DNA from: Macrostomum lignano
Taxonomy: Eukaryota
Reading direction: 5' to 3'
Length of the DNA stretch: 64,000 nt
NCBI GenBank assembly: GCA_002269645.1
Contig: NIVC01002003.1
Span: 150,041 to 214,040, forward strand
The notes beneath the pieces were generated by a model. That model did not search any database and had not been told where the DNA came from. It was given only the letters and a program-made list of their open reading frames with translations. Below, in pieces: positions 49,771 through 60,500 of this stretch. The translations under genes were made by a program, and so were the position numbers. The stretch's first letter is position 1. Every line of letters starts with the position of its first letter.

Positions 49771-52700
49771 CGTCGGAGTACGTCCGTTGATCTCGAATCG
49801 AAGTTCTCATCGTCGCTCTCTTGACAGAAAATTCCGCAGATGGAGCAGCGCGCATGCCTCCACTGCCTAGCCCAGGCGACTCTTGGCTGTAGGGCGGGAC
49901 GCAACACGTGAAGCACGCCTCGTCACAGGCAGCCGTAGCCGTCGGCTCAGTCGTCGTCGAAATTGGGTGAGTCTTCTCCTGCACTGGACGGTGTCGCAAA
50001 GGGGGACTCGACTTTCCGCACAGGCGATGAGCAGCTGTCTGTCGGCCCGGGGGACAGAGCTTCGACCTTGCAGCTGGCGCGAGATTCTGGCCTCTGTCAA
50101 CACGGCGAGAAATCTCAGCGAAAGGCTCGGAGGGGTTGTAGTTAAATTGCTTGCCTGGAGTTGCGTTGCGGGCCGTCATCAGAAGGGCTGCTGGTGCGGT
50201 GGCCTTTGAATCTTGGTCCGTGTGCGTCTTCAGAGTCCGAGACCTGTAGTCTTGGGCGTCGTCAAGGTCTGTGTCCCCAGTGGCCTCAAGGTCTTCGTCC
50301 AGGTTGGTCTCCAAATTGCAGCGGGCGGCATGGGCATCGCGGCAGAGGACTGTTGTCGCAGTGGCCTCTGAGTTGTCGTCCAGGCCGGTCTCCAGGCGTT
50401 GACTGCAGCGGTGGGCGTCGTGCTGGAAGGCTGCTGGCGCGGTGGCTTCCAGGTCTTCGTCCAGGTCAGTCTCGGCCTCCAAGCAGCGAGAGTGGACTGT
50501 CTTCAGGAGGGCTGCTCTGGCAGTGGCCTCGGGTTTCGGGTCCAAATCCGGTTCCAGGTCGTGGTCGTCACCGGGTCGGGCTGTAGAACCAGGTTGCTCT
50601 AGCAGTCTGCCATGCTCGAAGGAGATCGGCGGCGCCTCCGGTCCTCTTGACAGGGCATCAGCGTTGGCGTGGTCCTTGCCCTTGCGGTGGTTGAGCTGGA
50701 AGCGGAACTCGCTTAGGCGTTCGATCCAGCGGCCTAAAATACCTGTGGCCTGAGTCTGGTTCAGTAACCACAGTAAGGCCCGATGATCGGATCGAACTTC
50801 AAACTTCTTGCCGATTAGGTAATGACGGAAATGTCGCATAGCGTCCACAATTGCAAGCAGCTCTTTCTTCGTGACCGTGTAGCGCTTCTCAGGATCGCGA
50901 AGTTTACGGCTAAAGAATGCAATTGGACGTTCGACGCCGTCGGATTGCAGTTGTCCAAGGCAAGCGCCTATTCGAATATCAGAGGCATTCGTGTCGAGGA
51001 CAAACTTCACAGCAGGATCAGAATTAAATTCAGGCAGAGCGAGAACTTCAGTAGAACACAATTTCTTCTTCAAGGTGTCGAACGCTACCTGATGCTCGGG
51101 AGTCCAGTGCTGCCGCAGGCTGCCAATGTCCTTTCGCGTCAGGGCATGCAGCGGCGCAGCCACTCCAGCGTAGCCGTCGACAAACTTGTGGTAGTAATTG
51201 GCGAGGCCTAGGAATTGTCTCAGTTAAGTAACGGACTGTGGCACGGGCCAATCACGGATCTGCGCAATCTTGTCCTCACAGGTCTTCAGGCCGTCGGGAG
51301 TCAGGACGTGACCTAAATAATGCAGCTCCTTGAGGAACAAATGACACTTCTTCGGTTTCACTTTGAGGTTGGCTGCGATGATGCGCTGGAGTACAGTTCG
51401 CAAATTATCCAGCTGTTCCTCGAAAGTCACTAAGTGCACCACGATGTCATCCATGTAGCCAAGCGCAGTCCTTGGCGTCAGGCCGTCCAGGAGCTTATTG
51501 ATGCAACGCTGAAAGCTGCCGGGACTATCGTGGAGACCCATCGGTAGAACGTTAAAACAGAATTGGCCGCGGTCGATTACTGAGAATGCCGTCAAGTGCT
51601 GGTCGCAGTCGCGCAGCGGGATCTGCCAGAATCCTTGAGCAAGGTCCAAGCTGGAATACCACTGAGCACCACGAAGCTTCGCGAAGGTTTCCTGGATGTG
51701 CGGCAGCGGATACGGGTGATACACACACCTGTTGTTGAGAGCTCTGAAGTCGTGGACTAGTCGGATGTTGCCGTCCTTCTTGGGCACGATGAGCATTGGC
51801 GAATTGTAGCTCGAGTAGGCAGGGCGAATGATGTGCTTCGCCAACATCTCGTCCAGCAGGGCGTCGAGTTTGTCCTTCAGATGAAGCGGGATTCGGCGCG
51901 GTGGTAGCGCGACTGGTGTCCGGTCCTTCAAGATGATCTCGTGGGTCACCAGGTGAGTCAGGCCGGCGTCTAGCGAGTGCTTGGAGAAGGCCGCTTGACA
52001 TTCGACTAGTAGATCTCGCACTCTTTGATGTTGTTCTTTGGACAATTCGCTGTTGATCTCGACTTCATCTAGCCATGCTGTGCTGGACTCTTCAGAGTTC
52101 TTCGGGAGGTGTCGCACTTCAGGTTCGGGCGTCTCGCTCAAGTACATCAGGTCGGCAGTTCGGAGTGGGGTTGCAACACCAACACGGATACCGGCTTGCA
52201 GGAACACCTCGCTGTCGGCGGTGTTGACGACCTCAATGTAGCCGCGACCTTCAGGCATCGTCATCAGAGCAGGCGCTGCTTCCAGAGCGTTGCAGCTGGG
52301 ATGCAGCCTCGACTTAACCAGCTCGACAATTGATGGCGATCCTCGATTCTCAGGGTGGCCGTCATCCAGTCTGACGGCAAGCAGCGCTGAACTTCTAGGC
52401 GGCAGGGTGCACTTCTCAGAGGTGTACACTCGGCAGTTCTGAAGCTCACGCCGCGAATAACGAACGGGGATGCACGCGCCATTGTTAAACTTCAACATTC
52501 CTTGAGCGAAGTCCAAGTTCTGGCAGTGCTCTCGCATAAACGATACGCCAAGCAAATTTTCGCAATCGGAGACCATGACGAGGAATTCGGTGTCCGCGAC
52601 GACATCACCGAACTCCACCGGAATGGTCACCTTACAAGCAAGTGGGAGCTGCGTCCCATCATACATAGTTACGCAATCGGGAATAGCATGCGATATAATA

Positions 52701-53056
52701 CAACGAGGCATCCGGCGTCTAATAGCGGCCCAGGTTGACGAACCAAGAAAGTTTTTCCGGCTGCCGCTGTCAAGCAAGAAAGGGACCTCTCGACTCGCAA
52801 CTCGACCTGTGACGTACGGATCGGCCTCACGCGCATGGATTTTTTGATTCGGGGAGGTGTCCACGAAACCTCCGCACTCCGCGTCACTTACTGACGAGCG
52901 ACTGTCGGAGTGGGCATTGGCGCCTGCACAGCCGACATCCTCTTCTTCTGGTGACCTCTCGGAGTCTGCCACGTAGCCTGGACTTGGACCTCGCGGAGGG
53001 CGGTGCCGTTGTCGCTCTCCGCCTGGCCGTTTCCCTGGTTCTGGCGCATCGGGCAC
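49742..53056 (-). CDS. Protease-RT-RNase H with a long repetitive linker, frameshift near 51200
   Basis: FLLDSGS (protease); YSSLDLAQGFWQIPL and YMDDIVV (RT); LDTNASD...KELLAIV...RSDHRAL...ADALSR (RNase H). Confidence 0.95.
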
Positions 53057-54136
53057 TGGGTAATGCGGTGACCTGGCTGTCCGCAGCCATAACGGACTAT
53101 GGCCCTCTGCGGCGGACTTGCTACCTGCTGCTGGTCACGCTGCACTAGGTGATCAAGCAGTCGCTGCTGCTTCTCGATCAAGTCGGTTAGAGTTAGCAAG
53201 GCTTGGGCGGTGACGTCGGGCTTCGGGTCGCCGTCCTGCTCCCCGTCCAACATCCTAACCGGGGGTTGAGCGGTTCGCTGCGCCAATTCTTTGGCGCCTT
53301 CTAGTCGTCGTAGTTCTCGAATCGCAGCAAGAAGATTATTTGGGCGGACCCAGTACAGCCGTTCACGCAGGTCTGGAGTCGTCCGAATACCAGCAAGAAA
53401 TTGATCCGCAATCTCCTTCTCGTGGTCTTCAGGGTGCATCCGAGGATACACGTTCACCAAGAGTTCTCAGGGCGTCAGCAAACTCTTCTGCTGACTCATT
53501 CTTGCCTTGTTGACGACGTCGCAACAGTTCTCTGTACTCATCAGCACCACCATGACGGGCAAATCGCTCAATCAGACGCTGCTTGACCTCCTCGTAGCTG
53601 GCGAAACGCGGAAGATTCATACTAAGCAAGGAAGGATACGCAGTAGCCAAATCAAGACTCGCGATGAGGTGTTGTTTCATCTCGAACGGGTCGACGATGC
53701 GCTCCATCTCGCAACGCTGCTCGAACGCGGCAAGCCAGACATGAATGTCCTGACTTGGAGTAAACTTCACAATTTTAACTTGTTTACTCACGGGCCGCTC
53801 CATCTGCTGCTGCAGAGCTGCCATGATGGTCCTCACGTCCTGGTGCATGATGTTCCGGCCGATGTTGTCCAGGCCTTGCAGAAGCTCGTCTGGCGGGTCG
53901 TCGGACACCTCGCTTCTCGCACCTTGCCTCGGCGTTGGCTGCTGACCAAAGTCGTTGATCGCTGCTGCTGCTGCGGCGTCCGCTGCCGCAGGCCTCGAAC
54001 TGCTGATGTGCTGATCCAGCCGGCTGCTGCACCGGCTCTCGTCTCGTTCGTTGAACATGTTGAACTCGTAGTAGTTACTGGCCGATGTCGTTCTCGAAAG
54101 AGAGGTTGGCTTGGGTGTGTCGTAGTCGGATCTCAC
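52888..54136 (-). CDS. Gag (frameshifted, degenerate zinc knuckle)
   Basis: HVWLAAFEQRCE...YEEVKQRLIERF...QGKNESAEEFADAL...DQFLAGI; GCGQPGHRITQC. Confidence 0.85.
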
Positions 54137-54150
54137 CGCTGCGTCACCAG
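54131..54150 (-). other. Primer-binding site, tRNA-Leu-like
   Basis: TGGTGACGCAGCGGTGAGAT one base after the LTR end; resembles TGGTGGCAGCGGTGGGAT with a 2-nt insertion and one mismatch. Confidence 0.55.
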
Positions 54151-55144
54151 TGAAGTACAGTTGGGTTTCTTGCCGGTTTAGGCACTTAAGGATTACCTTA
54201 AGACTCGAGCCTCTTCAGTGGGAAGTTCTCTCAACTCTCAGTAGCGTAGGTAGTGCTGCCACCAGTTCCTTCAGGTCTCGGCCTTCGGTGAGGTGAGCTT
54301 CCCGTCGGAACGAAATAATGAAGTCAACGAACACAGCACAGCGTGCAGATTTAAGCGCAACGAATAGGGCGTCTCGTCAGCAGTACCTGCCGGGCTAGGA
54401 TGGTAGAGGGAGGGCTGAGTTAGCCTCTCGTAGACTTGGGTTGACTTGGTCGGGTTTCAGTCGGAGCAATAGGAATAGAATCAATATGCGCAAAGGCTCA
54501 GACACTCGGGATTTAGTCACACGCAGACGTAGAACTCGAGGTTGAACAGAAAGAAGACTCCTTGACGGAAACAAGGGGGAGAGGGCTCCTATTTATAGCC
54601 GGAAACACCCGCGCTCAAGACCTCGTGACTTGTTCTATTTTTAGAACTGACGTCACTCGAGAGTCTCGGGCAGGGTACAAGCGCGCGGAAGACCTCGTGA
54701 ATTGTTCTATTTTTAGAACTGACGTCACTTGAGGTCCCCGGCCAGAGTACACGCGGCTGTGACTCAGTTGCTATTTTTAGCAACATGAGTCACTCCTCTC
54801 CTTAGAGAAGGGAGGGGTCCGAAAGCACGTGACTCACCCGGTAAACAGGGCCAACGAGTGCAGTAAACATGTTTACTGCACTTTAAGACTCAAAGAACGC
54901 AAGAACTGTCATGTGACTTGCTCACAAGACAGGGAAAACGGGACGGGAGCGAAACAGAGACAGCTAACAGCCGAGAGGCTGGGGGCTGAGAACAGAGACG
55001 CAACCGAGCGACAAAAGGGCGGGCGACAACAAGCAGACAAAAGGGGGGGCGGGAAGCTGACCAGCGGCAGACAGCAACCCAGGGCGAGGGCGAGGGAACA
55101 GCTGACAAGGGCGACGCCTAACCATAAACTAGCGGCTCACTACA
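54151..55144 (-). repeat. 5' LTR (994 bp), TG...CA
   Basis: Homologous to the solo LTR at 16779-17713; TATAAATA box; two TGACGTCA sites. Confidence 0.92.
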
Positions 55145-55149
55145 TCAGC

Positions 55150-57495
55150 TAGTGTTTGAGTAGGTTCTAATTTTCTAGTCTGTTCGAATTTAAGTCTTAA
55201 AGCTTGAATCCTATGATGCTCTTTTTCAGTCGCCTCTCATTTGCATGCTGAACCTTTGGGCATTTGAAGGAGAACGCCGGGTTTTCACCCCCACAATTAG
55301 CGCACTTAAAGCCCGTATCTTTGGGGCAGTCGCCGGAATAGTGCGTCCCGGCACACGTTGCACACAAAACCGGCGTTGCACCTGCTTTCGGTGTGTCCAA
55401 GGCCTTGACACCTGTGGCACTGAATCTCCTTGACCGGTGGAAGGTTGTGCGGTTCTTCGCACCGGAATTTCAGTGCCCAAGCTTTATGCCGTTCTCCAGG
55501 CAGGTGTCGTAAGTTGCCCTTGACTTTGTAAACATCCTGATGAGAGGTGTCGGTTGGCCTGAGGCAGGCGCCTAGTGACAGTGTGCCCATTAATTTCGTT
55601 AACTTTTAGTGTTGTTGTCAATAAGTTGTTCATGTCGTGTGGAGAATTAGTAAATACGTAGTATCTTGAGCTATGATACAGCTCTTTTACTGACACGATG
55701 CAAGTGTTAGGAAAGTTAATTTTTTTTAATGTTTGAATTTAATATGATTCTTGGCCTCAAAGGGCATCTCAAATACAACTGGCGTAATTTTAGTTAATTT
55801 AGAATTATTAGATTGTTGTGAGTTTGACTGCTGAGTGCGTGCTTGTGGCTGCTGAGTGTGAGTGCTTGGCTGCTGAGTGCGAGTGGTTGATTGCTGAGTT
55901 GCTGGCAGATGGTAGCTATTAGGCTGCTGAGTGTGGGTGCTTGATTGCTGAGTGTCTGGATGCTTAGGTTTAGTTGACTGCACGGAATTCACAGTGCTAG
56001 CCGTAGCTGGCTGTCGAGTCTGGTTTGCAAAATTAGTTTATTGGTTGGTTGATTGTGTCTGCTGCGTCTCTCGTTGTGTTTGCTGTAAGCCTGGTGGTGA
56101 CTGCTGAGTGACTGGTTGTGACTGCTGAGTAACTGATTTTGACTGCTGAGTGCCTGGCTGAGTGGCTGCTAGTGATTGTTGCGTGCCTGATTGTGAGTGC
56201 CGATTGGCTGCATGATTCTGCTGAGTGTTTGACGAATGTTGCTGAGTGCCTGATTGTGTGTGCTGATTGGCTGCGTTTGGCTGCTGAGTGTTTGGCTTTG
56301 ACTGCTGAGTAGCTACCTTCTGAGATTCTGACTGCTGAGTGTTAGGTTTAGATTGCTGAGTGGTTGCTTGAGACCGCTGATTGGCTGGTTGAGTTTGGTC
56401 TGTTTGGTCGGATTTAGCTTTTCGCCTCGAGTTACTGCTGGAACGTGATCTAATTTTGCTAATGTTTTCAGCCTCCTGCCTGGCCATACGGCGTACAGAC
56501 TCTGCGTCATCGAGGTCGCAGGTGATGGCCTCTTCAGGAAGCTGGATGCAAGGATTGCCAGGCTAAGAAGCTGGTGAGTCGAAGATTCTGTTATCACTAG
56601 TGACTCTGAATGTTAAATTAATTCGAGGTTCCTTAACTTTGAGGTCCTTTGTGATTGAGTGTTGCAAGAACCGTTGCGTAGCCCACTCATTATCGTGATG
56701 CTACCACTGGCAAGCCTCTGCGAGTAGACTATATTCTGGCTCTGGCCCTTAGTCCTAAGCTGGAAGTCTCGCTGAGCTCCCAGCGACACCGACACAATGG
56801 TCGGGTCGTGGCCTAACTCTGGTTCGTTGTCAGAGTGCCATGGGATGGCTACCGATCCATCTTTATAAAAGTTGATCAGGCACGAATTACTAGTGGCAAT
56901 CTAAGCTCGACGTGAAGCCAAATGGCTAAGTGAGTGACGACTGGGTGCCAAGCGTCGTTGCACTCAATCTTAGTACCCCCGTAGGTGTACTCAAGCCCAT
57001 ACCAAACTATTTTCCTGGCCTCAGGCTTGCCCTTGGTTAGATGGTGGAATGAGTTTGGATAAATGTCTTCCATTAAAATTTTATTTAGCTTGGCTTCAGA
57101 AGATTTGAGCGCATTTGGCAGATATCTAATTTTGCAGTTAGTTAAAGGCTGGCCAGTTTTGTCATCTGTGAGGTCTGGTTCTGGTAGACTGAGTATCAAT
57201 ATTTTAGTTGCTTTTCCTAAGTCTGCTAGTTTACTACTCTTGACAGGCTGGCTCTCACCATCGCTGGCCACATGAAGTTCTTCAGTCACTGTCTGCTGTT
57301 GCACACAAGTCGGCGCATTGCTGGAGGACGCAGAACAGGACCTCTGGTCTGGACCGAAGGAGGACCGGTTGTTGGCCTTCTTGGTGCTGACTGGCGGCGA
57401 GTCAGTGTCTCTAGAGGCACATCTTTTGCTATTGACTTCTACTTCCATTGCAGATTGATGCTAGTACTAAGTGTTGACAAAATAAAGCCAAAATT
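55150..57495 (-). mobile_element. LINE A (I/Jockey-like): 5' part with ORF1 = AlkB domain + Gln-rich linker + three CCHC-type knuckles; cut by the gypsy insertion
   Basis: ATG at 57448; QCHRCQGLGHTESRC, CATCAGTHYSGDC, CANCGGENPAFSFKC; AlkB motifs listed separately. Confidence 0.85.
56605..57070 (-). pseudogene. AlkB-family (ALKBH2/3-like) 2OG-Fe(II) dioxygenase domain in LINE A ORF1
   Basis: After correcting small indels: RKIVWYG..YTYGG, NSCLINFY, PWHSDNEPELG, IVSVSLGAQRDF, LASGSITIMSG, FLQHSI, PRINLTFR (HxD...H...RxNxTxR). Confidence 0.88.
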
Positions 57496-57511
57496 AATAA
57501 ATGAAAACAAC

Positions 57512-60500
57512 TTTTACTTTTTTTACTTTAATAAGTAGGGGCTAATATAATGTTGCCCTGCGCCTCAGCCCTTTGAAGGCCTCTTGCGCAACTTTATATT
57601 TTTACGCGTATGTTCGAATTATTAGAAGTTATAGTCGTCCAATTTAGGAAAAAAATAAAATCGAGGAGTATTTACATAAAACAAATATTTGGGGTAGCTA
57701 TTAACAAATAATACTAGTATAAAAAGGAACAAAAGATGAGGTCAAGTGTAAAACAAGAATTTGAGAGTTTGAGAAATAAACTAAAACGATCATTTTTTTA
57801 TAAATTTAGGATTAAAAACAAAGAATAAAACACAAAGAAAATATTTGAGCAATATTGGACAAAATTAAAAGTTTTTTAGCAATATTGGAAAAAATGAGGT
57901 AAAACAGTTGGCAATATTTTTAAAAAATATGATGTCTTAATAATTTGAATACAAAAATAATTGCATTGGATTAATACTTAGTCATCAATTAGAATACGCC
58001 TGCAGTAAAGGTTGGATTCTCTCCCGGAGAGAGGTGCTCGTGTCTATATTTTAATCAATTATTCCAAGGAATAATCAATATATAATGTCAAATCCTAATC
58101 AAACTAGTCGAGTCAAACTTTGTCCGTATAAATAGCTAACTGGACCCTACGGGGTGAATAACAGCTCACTCAGTCAGAGTTAAGGGCCTTTTGGTCCACC
58201 TGGTTTGGGGTTCCAGGTTTAAAACGTCCCCGCCTGAGGGAGCTGTGGATAGAGAGGGCTATGCAGCCTAGCCAATGCTAGTACCCCTTGGAAGGCAGGC
58301 GATAACTTCGGGAGCCGTTCCGTCATACGGCAAAAAATTGCAATTATACAAAGGGAAGAGGGTCGACAGACCAAACTCCAACTGAAAAGCACAATATTTG
58401 TTTTATAGCCAGGAAGTTTTTTCCTGAGCGCAGCTGTGACCGGGACTCGAAAGCCGGGTCTCAACCATTCTTTGGTGTCATCTTTGAATTTGTGAATACC
58501 ACTAACGCTTTTTGAACCATTTTTCCCTAGGCTAAGTAGGCGATATTTGATCATGGGCATGTTGGTGACCAAGTGGATGTAAGAGTTTTTTATGTAAGGC
58601 GGAGCATCAAGGGAGATGCGCAGAGCCTTGTTTTAGAGTACCTGAATTCTGTTGACTTGGAAGTCGGAAGATTAAGAAGGATGGGAGCACCGTAAGTGAT
58701 GGTACTTTCAATGAAAGACCTGTAGATCAGTCCTAGTCCGTGCTGGGAGATTCTTTTTGCCATTCTGGCTAACGCAGCAACCTTATTTGTGGTAGAACCA
58801 ACGACCTTGTTAATATGAGATTTGTAGTTGAGTTGTTTGTCTAGGACCATTCCAAGAAAGGTGACAGTGTCATAATAACTAATTATGTTGTTCCCGAGTT
58901 TGATCAGGGGTTCACCCGGGCCTGTTTTGTTGCCATTTGCCTTAAAGAAGGAGATTGCTTTACTTTTAGAGGGATTAATAGTAATGCCAACGGCATCAAG
59001 CCACCTTTTGAGTCGATAAAGTAGTCATTGAGTATTTTAGCAGACATGCTAAGGTTTTTTCATAAAGCTTGCCTAAACAAGAGGTAAGGCTGATAGGCCT
59101 ATAGCTATCAATGAGGTTTTTAGGTTTATTTGGTTTGGGTATCATTTTGACAGTAGCCATTTTCCATCGCTTGGGAAGTATCAAGGAGGAAGCTAGCATT
59201 AAAGATCTTTGCAAGGACTCTGATGGAGTCTGGACTCAGGCCAAATTTGAGGACAATGTTCGGAATCTTGTCAGGCCCGGGAGCCCCTCCTGCCCTGAGC
59301 TTCCTACTCTCCCAAAGAACATCCTGATCTATGATGTTGAGAATATCAGCTTCAATGTCTTTTTTGTCTGGATTATCAGGATCGGCATGGTCTTTATGAT
59401 AGGTTAACGCAGCTAAGATGTTATGGGGTTTGTAGATCTCATGATCTTTTTGGGCCTCAATTCTCTTATAGAGCTGGGAGGATCTGTCTGGACAGGGACG
59501 CATCTGAGCCTCAAGGAACTCCTTGAAGGCCTGTGCTTTCTCAGCTTCAGTTTCAGCAACAGAATCCTTGAGAACGATTGGGGGGTACGAGATCGGTTTA
59601 GGACCTTCCCCCGTCATTTTTTTATATCAATCCAAAAAATTTTGGTTCATTTCGGTAGCTGGTTTTGGAAATTTTTTTGCATAACTTTTCAAACTTCCTA
59701 TATCTATGCATACGGATGGCGAGCCTGATCTCCTTAGCGGCTTGATTCGCCTGAATCATAAAATGGTCAATCCGGGTGTTTCTAAAGAGTTTTCTAAGTT
59801 TCCTCCTGTGTTTAATTTTTGCTATTATGTCTGGGGGGAGTTGTCCGCGGGGATCTCTGTTTGGGATCACCTCAATCGTGTCGTGCAAGCCCTGGGTTAG
59901 CAGGTCTACAGCCCTATCTAATTCAGCTGGAGTGGCCAACCTGAGATAGTTGATTAGTTTATCACTGAGTTTGTCCTGGAGAACAGCCCTGAAGGTTTCC
60001 CAATCAGTGCTCCAGAAGCTTTTAGGGGGGGGGGTTCGAAATTTTACAGTTTGGGTCAAGGTAAACTTTTATGATGATGGGAAAGTGTCACTATCCATGT
60101 CATCACCTATGGGAACCTCACTAGTGTGAGGACCAAGATTGGGGGAGCAAAGCCCCAAGTCCAGCTCATTAGCGGTGTGGGAGCCGCCACGATTACACAC
60201 TCTGCTGAATTCACCATAGTTATTTAATAAAATAGGGGGGTTGGGGTGGTTTTCAAGCCAGTCAAAGAGCTGTCTGCCGGGGTAATTGTAATTTGTGTCT
60301 CCACCTAGGGCAGAGTGGTTACAGTTGAAGTCCCCTATAACCAAAGTGGAGGAATTTGTGAAAAGATTTTTTAGAATGTCGCAGTTTAGCTTGGTAGGGT
60401 TAGGCGCCCTGTAGAAGAGGACTATATTAAGTTTGTTTAGCCTATTATGCTTTAAGAAAACCTCAAAGCTAATAAACTCATGGTTACTGTTATCAAAATA

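Larger units (their letters stand above)
46992..55144 (-). mobile_element. Ty3/gypsy LTR retrotransposon (5' LTR, gag, PR-RT-RH-INT, extra ORF3); 3' LTR absent; several frameshifts
   Basis: Domain order PR-RT-RH-INT; components listed below. Confidence 0.95.
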
